Made by a program: the position numbers and the translations under genes
Notes under the pieces: generated by a model
What the model was told of the DNA's origin: nothing
Databases searched by the model: none
The model's input: only the letters and a program-made list of their open reading frames with translations
Source of the DNA: Promethearchaeota archaeon
GTDB taxonomy: Archaea; Asgardarchaeota; Lokiarchaeia; Sigyniarchaeales; SOKP01
Assembly (NCBI GenBank): GCA_029838195.1
Contig: JALGVJ010000008.1
Location: 32,001-96,000, forward strand
Reading direction: 5' to 3'
Length of the DNA: 64,000 nucleotides
Part shown: positions 42,169-52,715 of the stretch, in pieces
Layout: every line of letters starts with the position of its first letter
Position numbering within the stretch: the first letter of the stretch is position 1

Positions 42169-43302
42169 ATGTTGTACAAGGACGAGCGTCCCGCAATATT
42201 AATGTTAAAAGACGGGCGTTATTTTGAGGGCATTGGATTTGGAGCTACTAAAACCGTGACAGGAGAACTTGTTTTTACAACTATTACTGGAGCGGGCTAC
42301 AACGAGACACTTACCGATCCTTCTTACTGGGGGCAAATTGTTGTCATGACTCATCCTTTAGTAGGAAATTATGGAGTCCCACCGTGGGAAAAGGATGAGC
42401 ATGGTATTACCAAATATTTTGAATCAGATTCGATTAAGGTAAGCGGATTTGTAGTGAATGAATGTTGTAAGATTCCCAGTCATTATGAAAGCGTGAAAAC
42501 ATTGGATGAGTTTTTACAAGAACAAGACGTGCCCGGCATTGAATGGATTGATACGAGAGCGATTACAAAAATTTTACGAGAAGAAGGGGTGCAAGTCGGA
42601 CTATTATCGGTCATGGATGAAGGAGAAACACCCGATTTAAACCATCTTAAAGAGATTGTTAGTAAGGCTAAAGATCCTAATTTAAGAGAGTTAGCAAGGG
42701 AAGTTTGCACGCCAGAAGTTAAAACATTCACCCCTACTAATCCCATGGGAAAGGTTGTTGTAATAGATCTGGGCGTGAAATTAAACATCCTCCGTAATTT
42801 ATTAAAAAGGGGATTAGAGGTCATTTTAGTCCCGTATGATTATTCACATGAGCAAATAATGGCGTTCAATCCTAATGGCGTGTTAATTTCTAATGGCCCA
42901 GGTGATCCAAAAATCTATACTGCTACAATAGACACCTGCAGAAAGTTAATGGATAATAATATCCCCATGTTCGGAATCTGTTTAGGAAATCAAATAATTG
43001 GATTAGCTGCCGGAGGAACTTCTTATAAATTAAAATATGGACACCGGGGAGGTAATAAAACCGTAATTAATCTTCAAACAAAACAGTGCTATATTACCTC
43101 TCAAAATCACGGCTTCTGCGTGCGAGATTTTGAAAAAGGAGGCTTTATTGAATTTTTAAAAAATATTGATGATAATTCCAACGAAGGGATAATCCACGAG
43201 GAAAAACCCATTCTTGCCGTTCAATTTCATCCCGAAGCGTCTCCAGGCCCTTTAGATTCTCTCTACTTGTTTGATAAATTCATGGAATTAATGAAATTAT
43301 AA
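42169..43302 (+). CDS. carA: Carbamoyl-phosphate synthase small subunit
   Basis: GYNETLTDPSY, SNGPGDP, GICLG, GHRGGN, SQNHG and QFHPEASPGP. Confidence 0.96.
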   Translation: MLYKDERPAILMLKDGRYFEGIGFGATKTVTGELVFTTITGAGYNETLTDPSYWGQIVVMTHPLVGNYGVPPWEKDEHGITKYFESDSIKVSGFVVNECCKIPSHYESVKTLDEFLQEQDVPGIEWIDTRAITKILREEGVQVGLLSVMDEGETPDLNHLKEIVSKAKDPNLRELAREVCTPEVKTFTPTNPMGKVVVIDLGVKLNILRNLLKRGLEVILVPYDYSHEQIMAFNPNGVLISNGPGDPKIYTATIDTCRKLMDNNIPMFGICLGNQIIGLAAGGTSYKLKYGHRGGNKTVINLQTKQCYITSQNHGFCVRDFEKGGFIEFLKNIDDNSNEGIIHEEKPILAVQFHPEASPGPLDSLYLFDKFMELMKL

Positions 43303-43530
43303 CCTATCAATTTTTTATCAAAAAATAGAAAATTTCTGAGAACGATTTTAAATTTATTAATCTATGTTAAAAAAATATCGCTAAAAATAAATTAAATTCG
43401 TCCCGCGATTAAAATTAAAACATTGATTGTCAGATTTAAATATTTCTTCAAATTAAGAATTCCGAGAGAAAAATTAGTTGCGGTTGGAATCAATTGATTT
43501 AATAGAAATATTTGTATCTTCTTTTGTTTT

Positions 43531-43884
43531 TTAAATTTTATTTTTCCGAGTTTCTAATTTTTCAAATAACTTCTCTGATTTTTTCAATTCTAACTCCATT
43601 TCTTCTTTTGTCAAGGATGGAGATTGAATTCTCTCACGATCTAGATATTCCATCATCTCGTAGAGTGATACTTTAGCCATGGTTGCAGCTTCAGCTAAAC
43701 TAATTATACCTTTTCTATATTTTTCTGCCGCATTTTTCATTCGATATTCCTTCATTTGAATAAGAAGGAATTTTCGAATTAGTGTAGATCGATCAACTTT
43801 TTCTTTCTCACATATTTTATTTAATTCTTCAATTTCTTTTTCGTCTAGACGGGTTGATATTACATTAGTCATCTTACTATTCAC
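43531..43884 (-). CDS. UPF0175-like antitoxin with an N-terminal RHH
   Basis: ISTRLDE...DRSTLIRK, followed by YRKGIISLAEAATMA. Confidence 0.8.
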   Translation of the reverse strand: MNSKMTNVISTRLDEKEIEELNKICEKEKVDRSTLIRKFLLIQMKEYRMKNAAEKYRKGIISLAEAATMAKVSLYEMMEYLDRERIQSPSLTKEEMELELKKSEKLFEKLETRKNKI

Positions 43885-43888
43885 CTTG

Positions 43889-44377
43889 TTATTGATTTAA
43901 TTTTTCTAAAAAAAATAAGATGGATTTTGGTTTTGTAGCATTTACAGTTTCTAATTGCTCTAAAATATTCATGAATTCATTTTTCTTCAAAATTCGTTTC
44001 TGATATGCATGAAAGAAAAAAGTATCTAATCGTATTGTGTTCAGTTCAAAATTAATGAATTTTTTATAAGCCCTCTCGTCAGAAGTTATACAAATTCCAT
44101 GATCCTTAGCTAAAATATAACAGCTCGTCTCACCAGCATCTCTAAATAAATAAATCTCTTTTGAAACATCGACAGATATTACCGGAATCATGAATTCTTT
44201 TAATAATTTCTCTATTTCAAAAGCATCTTTATGTTCTTCATGTTTACCTCTTATAACTACTTCCTCATAAACGGTTGAATCAATTACAACGGGAAATTGA
44301 GTCAACTCAATAAATTTCCTAAATATTCTTGCTTTCGCCAAATAAATTAAAGTACAAGCATCCAATATCCATCTCAT
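43889..44377 (-). CDS. PIN-domain protein (DUF3368/VapC-like toxin)
   Basis: ILDACTLIYLAK, VYEEVV..G, DAGE and ITSDER acidic residues. Confidence 0.8.
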   Translation of the reverse strand: MRWILDACTLIYLAKARIFRKFIELTQFPVVIDSTVYEEVVIRGKHEEHKDAFEIEKLLKEFMIPVISVDVSKEIYLFRDAGETSCYILAKDHGICITSDERAYKKFINFELNTIRLDTFFFHAYQKRILKKNEFMNILEQLETVNATKPKSILFFLEKLNQ

Positions 44378-44629
44378 TATTAATATATATACATCTACTT
44401 ATTTATATTATTATCGATTGTATACAACATTCTCAAAATCTTTATTAAATTATTTTTTAAATTAGAAGAATCTGAAAATTTTCAAGTAGATCTCTGAAAA
44501 TCAAAATACCAGATATTCGGAAATTAGTTCCTTATCAAAAAATGTTTCCTTCGAAATGAACTAAATGATTATACGTGAAATTTTTTATAATAAAATTAAT
44601 AAAAAAATAACGGGCTTAAAATCCCTTGA

Positions 44630-45073
44630 TTATTCAATGATTTCGATATACCCCTCATTTCCATTGACATGTACTAAAGTTCCATTTGGAATTTGTTTTA
44701 ATTTCTCAAAATCTATTTGATCTACGATGGGAAATTTAAGTCCAAAAAAGATATCTGAAATTACTGCGCCAGAACTCATGAGAGGTTCGCCTCTCTCGCA
44801 AACAATAGCTTTAGGGGCAATTCCTCGATGAATTGTTTCAAGTAATACAAAACCTAAAGTTGTCGTGCCAATGGGATAGGGAAAAATTAAAACCTTATTT
44901 GAAACATTTTTCTTATAAAGTTCATGAGTTCTATCGGCTACTTTCAGCTTTTTACTAAACTGTATTAAGGGGAAAGTAAAGGCGGCGGAAATGCTAAACG
45001 GTTGAGAAGTGACCACTGCTTCTCCCTCTACAATACCTTCACTCAATCCTCTTCCTTTTAAGATTTTAGTCAT
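44630..45073 (-). CDS. Aconitase X swivel (small) subunit, DUF126
   Basis: GRGLSEGIVEGEAVVT, VLIFPYPIGTT, APKAIV and VHVNGNEG. The start MTKILK at 45073 overlaps the large-subunit stop. Confidence 0.85.
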   Translation of the reverse strand: MTKILKGRGLSEGIVEGEAVVTSQPFSISAAFTFPLIQFSKKLKVADRTHELYKKNVSNKVLIFPYPIGTTTLGFVLLETIHRGIAPKAIVCERGEPLMSSGAVISDIFFGLKFPIVDQIDFEKLKQIPNGTLVHVNGNEGYIEIIE

Positions 45074-46262
45074 TATTCGTACCCCTCTCTGCAATTTGAA
45101 TACATTCATCAATATTTTTATACGTGGCATTACTATAAAAACAAGTTTTAGCTGAATTAGTAATTAAAGGACGAGGCAAGGCTGTTAATAAAGGACAAAA
45201 ATGGGTAAGGTGGGCGCCCGAATCTTTTAAGATTTCATTATATTCTGAATTAACGATCTCATCTTTTATTTCCTTATTTGTACAAATCCAAAAATTTATT
45301 CCGGGCGCAATTTTTTTACCTTTCAGCTTTTCAAGAACAATAAGAACCTCGTCCCTACTCAAATGGGGGCAGCCGATTGAAAGGTTTTTGGGTGGCAAAG
45401 ACCATTCTGTACTATATTTTTCCCTCACTTCATTTATATCATCCATGGTAATTTCAATTACGTCCTCCGGTTTATCATTTTGAAATGCTACTTCTACGTT
45501 TTTTGCCTCTGGAGTTTTTCCGATCACGTGTATCAAAGCAACGGCACCGGTGGACGCAGAAGCAGCGCCTAAATTTTTAATCTCATCATTGGAAGCGTGT
45601 TCTAAGCCTTCTATTACCGGAATTTTATTTCCTGCAATTTCACCAATGATTAATCCCATGGAGGTTAAATTAAATAAATCGTGTTTATCAACATCATCAG
45701 AAAGCCGAAAAAGCAAATCTCCTTTGCGGTTTTCAGTCAGGTGAAGCCCATGATAAGATGTCTTGCCAAGAATCCCACACGCAATGTCTACTAACCCTCC
45801 TTCTCTATTTGATCGCGCTCCTATTACGGAATTTAAATAGATGACGGCAGAGGATTCAGACCATGCGCAATGTTCGCCAAAATTAGGCCTATTATCAAGA
45901 AAATATGGCGTGCAAGTAAACCCATGAATTCCAACATGAAGTAAGTCATCAATCAATTGATCATGCAGAGTAAACATGGGATAGACCATGCTAAGTTCGT
46001 CTTTATAATCCATGTCAATGATGGGATCTGCTGTGGTTCTAACTTTCACTTTTAAATTTGCTTCCCGAATTTCATGTATTACTTGGGCAGCCGCATTAAC
46101 AAAATTTAATCCAAAGTTTAATACGGTATGGGCTGACGTGATATCTATTAATTTCTCTGCTCCGAACGATTCTCCTAATTTTACGATTAATTTCATCAAT
46201 TTTGCGAGCATTTCCCCTTTGTTTCCGGAAAAAATAGCTTCTTCTTCGCGATTTAAAAACAT
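45066..46262 (-). CDS. Aconitase X catalytic subunit, DUF521 (phosphomevalonate dehydratase large subunit-like)
   Basis: FTCTPY, WSESSA.IY.NS..GARSN, IGCPH and TNSAK. Confidence 0.9.
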   Translation of the reverse strand: MFLNREEEAIFSGNKGEMLAKLMKLIVKLGESFGAEKLIDITSAHTVLNFGLNFVNAAAQVIHEIREANLKVKVRTTADPIIDMDYKDELSMVYPMFTLHDQLIDDLLHVGIHGFTCTPYFLDNRPNFGEHCAWSESSAVIYLNSVIGARSNREGGLVDIACGILGKTSYHGLHLTENRKGDLLFRLSDDVDKHDLFNLTSMGLIIGEIAGNKIPVIEGLEHASNDEIKNLGAASASTGAVALIHVIGKTPEAKNVEVAFQNDKPEDVIEITMDDINEVREKYSTEWSLPPKNLSIGCPHLSRDEVLIVLEKLKGKKIAPGINFWICTNKEIKDEIVNSEYNEILKDSGAHLTHFCPLLTALPRPLITNSAKTCFYSNATYKNIDECIQIAERGTNND

Positions 46263-46506
46263 CCCGATTTCACTCCTATATTGTGTTACATTTAAGGATG
46301 AAAGGTTTGTTTTAAAAGATTACCATTCGATTATTAATTGGACAAGGGATACTCAAACCATTAATAATATAAAGTGAAAAAAAATAATAGATTTCTTTTC
46401 TTATACTTCTTGAAGGTTGAAAGTGGAGGAATTATTTAAATTTTTAAGGGTTACTAATGAAAAAAACGAAAAATCTTTTAACACTTTTAATAAAAGGTCA
46501 TTTAAC

Positions 46507-49500
46507 ATGCCATTAGATAAAACAATTAAGAAAGCATTGGTTTTGGGCTCAGGAGGAATAAAGATTGGGCAAGCCGGCGAATTTGATTATTCGGGAAGTC
46601 AAGTTCTCAAGGCATTAAAAGAAGAAGGAATTGAAGTCATATTAATTAATCCCAATATTGCCACGATTCAAACAGATCCTCAATTATCTGATAAGGTATA
46701 TCTTCTGCCCTTAAATGTAAACTATGTCGAGGAAGTTATAAAAAAAGAAAGACCGGATGGAATTTTATTGTCATTTGGCGGACAAACCGCTTTAAACGTG
46801 GGAGTTGAGCTTAAAGAACAAGGCATTTTAGAAAAACATGGTGTAAGAGTTATGGGGACACCTATTGAAGCAATTGAGGCTACTGAAGATCGTGATCTAT
46901 TCGTTAAAGCCATGATGCGAGCTAATGCGAAAGTTTGCAGGAGTAAAGCTGTTAATTCTTATAGTGAAGCGATTAAAGTAGCAAAAAGTTTTGGATTTCC
47001 GTTAATGATTCGAGTAGCATATACTTTAGGAGGCAGGGGATCTGGAATTGTTAATAACATGAAAGAGTTTGAAAAGGTGGCTAAAAGAGGACTTGCGCAA
47101 TCAAGAATTAATCAGATTTTAATTGAAGAATCAATTTGGGGTTGGAAGGAGATTGAATATGAAGTGGTAAGAGATGCTGCAGATAATTGTTTTATAAATT
47201 GTAACATGGAAAATTTCGATCCCGTAGGGATTCATACTGGTGAAAGCATTGTTATTGCTCCGAGTCAAACCCTCACGAATGAAGAATATCACATGCTCCG
47301 CTCGGCTTCTATAAGAATTATTAGAAGTCTTGGAATTATTGGAGAATGCAATATTCAATATGGACTAGATCCTAATTCAAAAGAATTTCGAGTCATCGAA
47401 GTAAATGCACGCCTTTCTCGCTCTTCAGCATTAGCCTCTAAAGCAACAGGCTATCCTCTGGCATATATTGCCGCTAAATTAGCCATTGGGTATACCTTGC
47501 CAGAATTAAAGAATAAAATCACGGGCATTACAACCGCATGTTTTGAGCCTGCTTTAGATTATGTGGTATTAAAAATCCCCCGGTGGGACCTCACAAAATT
47601 CAAGAGGGTAGATAGAATGATTGGAAGCCAAATGAAATCTGTTGGAGAAGTAATGGCCATAGGTAGAACTTTTGAAGAAGCTGTCCAAAAAGCCATTAGA
47701 ATGCTAGATATTGGAATGAAAGGATTTGTTGCGAATGATCTAAAGCCCATTGAAGATATCGATGAATTAAAGTTCGTGTTGAAAAATCCTACTGATCTGA
47801 GATTATTTAGAATTGCAGAAGCTATTAAACGGGGACTTTCAATAGATGAAATTTATCGCTTGACCCGAATAGATAAATGGTTCTTATATAAATTAAAAAA
47901 TATCATCGATATAGAACTACAGTTAAAAAAATTAAATATTTTAAAAACTCCTCGTGAGGAATTAAAATATTGGTTTACACGGGCCAAGCGCTTTGGATTT
48001 TCTGATGGACAAATTGCTAAAATTTTAAATGTCGATACGATTAAAATTAGAAATTTAAGAAAAAACTTGAAAATCCAGCCATTCGTCAAGCAAATCGACA
48101 CTCTTGCGGCAGAATGGCCCGCACGGACTAATTATCTTTATTTAACCTATAGTGCCGCGGAACATGACATTGATTTTGAAAAAGAACGACAACAAAATGA
48201 TTTGCGCAAGGTAATCGTGCTCGGAAGTGGAACATATAGAATTGGGGCCAGTGTCGAATTCGATTGGGGCTCAGTAAATTGTTTATGGGGGTTGAAAAAA
48301 TTAGGAATTAATCAAGCGATAATGATTAATTACAATCCGGAAACCGTATCTACTGATTATGATATTTCAGATAAGTTGTACTTTGAAGAGCTCTCCGGTG
48401 AACGAGTTATTGATATTTGCGAATATGAAAAGGCATATGGAATCATAGTGAGTGTCGGAGGGCAAATCGCTAATAATTTAGCATCTAAATTCTCAAAATA
48501 TTCTGAAGTCTTCAGGAAAACAAACTTAAACATATTAGGAACGCATGGAAGTCGAATCGATATGGCAGAAGATCGCTCAAAATTTAGTAAATTGTTAGAC
48601 CAATTAGGAATTAAACAACCTGAGTGGAATGTTTTAATTGATAAAGAAGAGGCAATTAAATTTGCCAAGAAAGTAGGCTTTCCCGTTCTCGTTCGCCCTT
48701 CTTATGTATTAAGTGGGGCTGCAATGAGAGTATCTTACGATGAAAATACTTTAAAAGATACCTTGGAACTCGCAGCAGCCGTCTCAAGAGAATATCCCGT
48801 AGTTATTACAAAATTTTTTACTAACGCACGTGAAGTAGAATGTGATGGAATCTGTGATGGACAAAACGTGTTTATTGGAGCCATAGTTGAACATATAGAA
48901 AATGCGGGCATTCATTCTGGGGATGCAACCATGACCATTGGTCATTATACCATTTCAAAGAATGTTATCGAAACCATTGAAGATTATACTCAAAGAATTG
49001 CTAAAGCTTTGCAAATCCATGGCCCCTTTAACATTCAATATTTAGTAAAAGATGAAATGGTATATGTTATTGAATGTAATCTTCGCTCTAGTCGAAGCAT
49101 GCCTTATGTATCGAAAACTAGAGGAATAAATCTAATGAGACTTGCGGCCGAAGTATTTCTCGGGAAAAAAATACCTGAACGCTTATTACACATGCCTTAT
49201 GGAGAATATGTCTCTGTTAAAGCCCCCATATTTTCCTTCATGCGATTAGACAAGGCTGATCCCGTTTTGGGTGTGGAAATGGCAAGTACGGGAGAAGTTG
49301 CGTGTCTTGGAGATACATTTTCAGAAGCACTCCTAAAAGCTCTCGAAGCCGCTGAAATGAAAATCCCCATCCATGGAGGTAATGTATTCATTTCTGTAGG
49401 AGGAGAAACACTAAAGCAACAAATCATTCCTTTAGCAAAAATGTTAAAGGCTCTTGGATTTAAGATATTCGCAACGGAAGACACTGCTCAAGTATTAAAA

Positions 49501-49821
49501 ATAAACGGTATTTATGCTGTGAAGCTATATAAAATTCATGAAGCAGGAATGGAACCCAATATCATGGAATGCCTCCAAAATGGTGCGATTGATTTAGTCA
49601 TCAATATTCCTCATCCAAACACTACAGAAGAAAAATTTAGAACAATTTTGGAGGATGAATATAAAATCAGGAGATTATCTGTAGATTATAACATCCCAGT
49701 ATTCGTAAACTTACAATTGGCAGCGGCTGTCATTAGTGCGATTGAAAAAATGCGCAGAAAGCAATTCGATATTAAATCTCTTAATGAGTACCATGAAACT
49801 TTAGAAGAAATTTATTGGTAG
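46507..49821 (+). CDS. carB: Carbamoyl-phosphate synthase large subunit
   Basis: GSGGIKIGQAGEFDYSG, HTGES, EVNARLSRSSALASKATG, NPETVSTDYD, HSGDA and a C-terminal MGS domain. The ATG at 46507 is preferred. Confidence 0.97.
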   Translation: MPLDKTIKKALVLGSGGIKIGQAGEFDYSGSQVLKALKEEGIEVILINPNIATIQTDPQLSDKVYLLPLNVNYVEEVIKKERPDGILLSFGGQTALNVGVELKEQGILEKHGVRVMGTPIEAIEATEDRDLFVKAMMRANAKVCRSKAVNSYSEAIKVAKSFGFPLMIRVAYTLGGRGSGIVNNMKEFEKVAKRGLAQSRINQILIEESIWGWKEIEYEVVRDAADNCFINCNMENFDPVGIHTGESIVIAPSQTLTNEEYHMLRSASIRIIRSLGIIGECNIQYGLDPNSKEFRVIEVNARLSRSSALASKATGYPLAYIAAKLAIGYTLPELKNKITGITTACFEPALDYVVLKIPRWDLTKFKRVDRMIGSQMKSVGEVMAIGRTFEEAVQKAIRMLDIGMKGFVANDLKPIEDIDELKFVLKNPTDLRLFRIAEAIKRGLSIDEIYRLTRIDKWFLYKLKNIIDIELQLKKLNILKTPREELKYWFTRAKRFGFSDGQIAKILNVDTIKIRNLRKNLKIQPFVKQIDTLAAEWPARTNYLYLTYSAAEHDIDFEKERQQNDLRKVIVLGSGTYRIGASVEFDWGSVNCLWGLKKLGINQAIMINYNPETVSTDYDISDKLYFEELSGERVIDICEYEKAYGIIVSVGGQIANNLASKFSKYSEVFRKTNLNILGTHGSRIDMAEDRSKFSKLLDQLGIKQPEWNVLIDKEEAIKFAKKVGFPVLVRPSYVLSGAAMRVSYDENTLKDTLELAAAVSREYPVVITKFFTNAREVECDGICDGQNVFIGAIVEHIENAGIHSGDATMTIGHYTISKNVIETIEDYTQRIAKALQIHGPFNIQYLVKDEMVYVIECNLRSSRSMPYVSKTRGINLMRLAAEVFLGKKIPERLLHMPYGEYVSVKAPIFSFMRLDKADPVLGVEMASTGEVACLGDTFSEALLKALEAAEMKIPIHGGNVFISVGGETLKQQIIPLAKMLKALGFKIFATEDTAQVLKINGIYAVKLYKIHEAGMEPNIMECLQNGAIDLVINIPHPNTTEEKFRTILEDEYKIRRLSVDYNIPVFVNLQLAAAVISAIEKMRRKQFDIKSLNEYHETLEEIYW

Positions 49822-50064
49822 CTCCTACATGACCAAATAATATAGGATTAAAAATTTTACCGCTTATTTTCTTAAAAAATTCAAATTTTAATATGAGAGA
49901 TCCTGATCAATTACACGGCAATCTCTCTTTAATTGTTCCATGGAACGTGAAAGGGCAAGAATTATAAATGCCACCTATTTTTTTTCAATGGAGCTTGATT
50001 TAATGTTAAAATTTTTATAAATGAAAAAAAAAAATATATATTAATAAATAAGCCTTCATGAACC

Positions 50065-50727
50065 ATGAATCTTAAAGGATGGAAAAATAAAGCCTATCTT
50101 TTCATTATTATTGGAGGAATTCAATATATTATCTTAATTCTAATCGCAACCATGTTTTATGCTGGTGGTACTAAAAGTAATCCTGGACGGCCAGGATATT
50201 CTTTTTGGTCAAATAGCTTGAGTGATCTGGGGAGAACTATTGCCTATTCAGGAATTCACAACACCACTTCAATGATAATATTTACCATTACATTGACCAT
50301 TTGGGGAAGTTCGCTCATTCCATTTTTTTTAGCCTATCAATCTTTTTTCAAGGAAGAGAAAAAACAAAAAATTAGTAGCCGTCTTGGAAGTATATTTGGA
50401 ATGATCGCAGGGGTTTGTTTAATAGGGATCGCTTTTACTCCCGCAGATATTCTAATTGCCCCACACATGATCTTTGTATATATTGGGTATACAGCTATTT
50501 TATTAGTGGGCATCTCTTACACGGTTGCTGTATTTTTAAATAAAAATTTTCCAAGAATTTATTTTTATATCTTTCTTATTTTCACGATAATATTTTACGT
50601 TACAGTTTCAATCGCATTAATTGGTTTAAGTGGGAGTGAAACACTTTTAGCCACCGGACAAAAAATTGGACGCTTTTCAACGGTTGCTTGTTTCGCAATT
50701 GCTGGATATGGTGCCTTAAAACGATAA
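50065..50727 (+). CDS. Integral membrane protein (DUF998-like)
   Basis: YAGG...YSFWSNSLSDLG, GIAFTPAD...H and about 6 TM segments. Confidence 0.7.
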   Translation: MNLKGWKNKAYLFIIIGGIQYIILILIATMFYAGGTKSNPGRPGYSFWSNSLSDLGRTIAYSGIHNTTSMIIFTITLTIWGSSLIPFFLAYQSFFKEEKKQKISSRLGSIFGMIAGVCLIGIAFTPADILIAPHMIFVYIGYTAILLVGISYTVAVFLNKNFPRIYFYIFLIFTIIFYVTVSIALIGLSGSETLLATGQKIGRFSTVACFAIAGYGALKR

Positions 50728-50755
50728 GATTGCTTTTTTATTTATTTTTTTTTTT

Positions 50756-50840
50756 CTTGATATAATCCATCTTATAATTAAAGGAAAAAATTTTAGTGAT
50801 TAGAAGCGAACTTCAGTTCGCAAGGAATTTTTTTTATTTT
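50756..50840. repeat. 85-bp dispersed repeat, copy 2 (hairpin GCGAAC-TTCA-GTTCGC)
   Basis: Matches 12005-12089 except for one loop base. Confidence 0.9.
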
Positions 50841-51019
50841 TTATAAATTTTCGCTTCGATTCTGTACATGATGATAATATTTGACCTGTTTTTAATAAAT
50901 TAGGGTTTCTGTTTTTTATTTTGGAAATTAAAGAATGAATTGTTTAAGAAAAAAAGATGTTCTATTAGAATAAATTAAAAAAAGTTAGACCACTAATTTG
51001 AAGTTTTTTTAATAATTAC

Positions 51020-52471
51020 CTATTCTTGGGAAATAAATCTCTTATCAGTTAATCTGTGAAAGGGAATTTTATAGCCCTCGGGAAATGGACTCTCGTAAAC
51101 CTTCCCCTTTAAATCTTTTTTGAATTCTTTTTTAGCTTCCTTGACTAACTCGGGATTCCTCATGAAATCTAAAGCTGTATACGCCAATACTTTGGAAGCA
51201 GCAAGCATGCCTTTATGGCCAATACTCATCCCTGCCGTCGCTACATTCTGCCAACAATGTCCTAATGCTCCCATTACATAGCATGTCATCACGAATTGCC
51301 CTAAAGGAGTGACCCAAGAGACATCTCCTACATCTGTTGACCCCGGCGCTACTTTTCCTTTATCAAAATCCGCTATTATTGCGGGAAATAAGGGCTGACT
51401 AAATAATTGAGTTGCTAATTCTTTATACTTCTCAGGTACTAAACTCATTATTCCATCCATGGCTGTAGAGGGGATGGTTTTTTTTAATTTCTGAGCAAAT
51501 TCTTGCTCTTCTTTATTAAAACGAGGTGCCCCCACTATTTTCATATTTTTATGAATGACTTTACAAACCACTTCATTATGGATGGGATTATATAATCCTC
51601 CAAGATAATCAATTTCAACCTTTGTTTCGGTCATCAGGGTGGCACCCTTGGCAATATTTACCAATCGATGATAAATCTCATCGACTTGATATCTTTGCGG
51701 AGCTCGAATAAAATAATATACCTCTGCCTCCTCAGGTACCACGTTTGGCGCTTTTCCTCCATTGGTTATGATATAATGAAGCCGTGCATCGGGAATGATG
51801 TGTTCTCTCAAATAATTAGCACCCACGTTCATTAATTCTACCGCATCTAAGGCACTGCGCCCATTATACGGGTCAGCGGCAGCATGGGCTGCTCGCCCCT
51901 TGAACTTAAAAATAGCGGAATCTAAAGCTAAACAAGACGTTAGCATCACTGCGTTAAGATAAAAAGGATGCCAAGTGAGCGTAATGTCTACATCATCAAA
52001 TAATTTACCCGGATGAATCATGTAACCCTTACTATTAAATGATTCTTCAGCCGGACATCCATAATATCTAATGGTACCGTTTACCTCGCCCGCGTCTATT
52101 GCTTCTTTTACTGCTAAAACGGCAGCCAGCGCCCCGATTCCTAAAAGGTTATGCCCGCAGCCGTGTCCAGGGGCTCCCTCTTTTAACGGTTTTCGAATAG
52201 GTTCTGCGGCTTGACTCATTCCAGGTAAGGCATCATATTCTCCTAAAATTGCAATAATTGGTTTTCCTTCCCCGTAACTTGCTGATATGGCTGTTGATAA
52301 TTCTAATACACCTAATTGTACAGAAAATCCCGCCTCTTTTAAAGCATTTTCTATTAATTTTGAAGTTTTATACTCCTGCAATCCCGTTTCAGCAAACTGC
52401 CATGCCTGATTACTAAGGAATATGAATTTTTCCTTGTTATTTTTAATCCATTTTCCGTACTTTTTCCACAA
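51020..52471 (-). CDS. M20 family amidohydrolase (AbgB-like)
   Basis: GEYDALPG, GHGCGHNLLG, GCPAEE, TWHP, GRSALDA and GSTDVGDVSW. Confidence 0.9.
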   Translation of the reverse strand: MWKKYGKWIKNNKEKFIFLSNQAWQFAETGLQEYKTSKLIENALKEAGFSVQLGVLELSTAISASYGEGKPIIAILGEYDALPGMSQAAEPIRKPLKEGAPGHGCGHNLLGIGALAAVLAVKEAIDAGEVNGTIRYYGCPAEESFNSKGYMIHPGKLFDDVDITLTWHPFYLNAVMLTSCLALDSAIFKFKGRAAHAAADPYNGRSALDAVELMNVGANYLREHIIPDARLHYIITNGGKAPNVVPEEAEVYYFIRAPQRYQVDEIYHRLVNIAKGATLMTETKVEIDYLGGLYNPIHNEVVCKVIHKNMKIVGAPRFNKEEQEFAQKLKKTIPSTAMDGIMSLVPEKYKELATQLFSQPLFPAIIADFDKGKVAPGSTDVGDVSWVTPLGQFVMTCYVMGALGHCWQNVATAGMSIGHKGMLAASKVLAYTALDFMRNPELVKEAKKEFKKDLKGKVYESPFPEGYKIPFHRLTDKRFISQE

Positions 52472-52715
52472 TTAACCTTTTCACCACTCGAATAAAATTC
52501 AATCTTTCGTGTTTCCCTTGAACATAAAACGGTTTTTAATTAAAACCTTTGCTTTTAAATTTTTTTTAACTCTCTAATGCATTACTTAACAAGTCATTTT
52601 GCTCATTCATTCATTATAAAATACTTGAAATTATTCATGTTATTGATTTGGAATAAGCTTTTTAATGATGGCAATGTATTTTTATCTATTAATCATGTTA
52701 AATGAATGAATTAAA

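Noticed and set aside
52440-52475. Possible frameshift at the 5' end of the M20 amidohydrolase (GTG GAA AAA GTA CGG AAA a TGG)
   Set aside because: An in-frame TTG start gives a full-length protein, so no recoding needs to be invoked.
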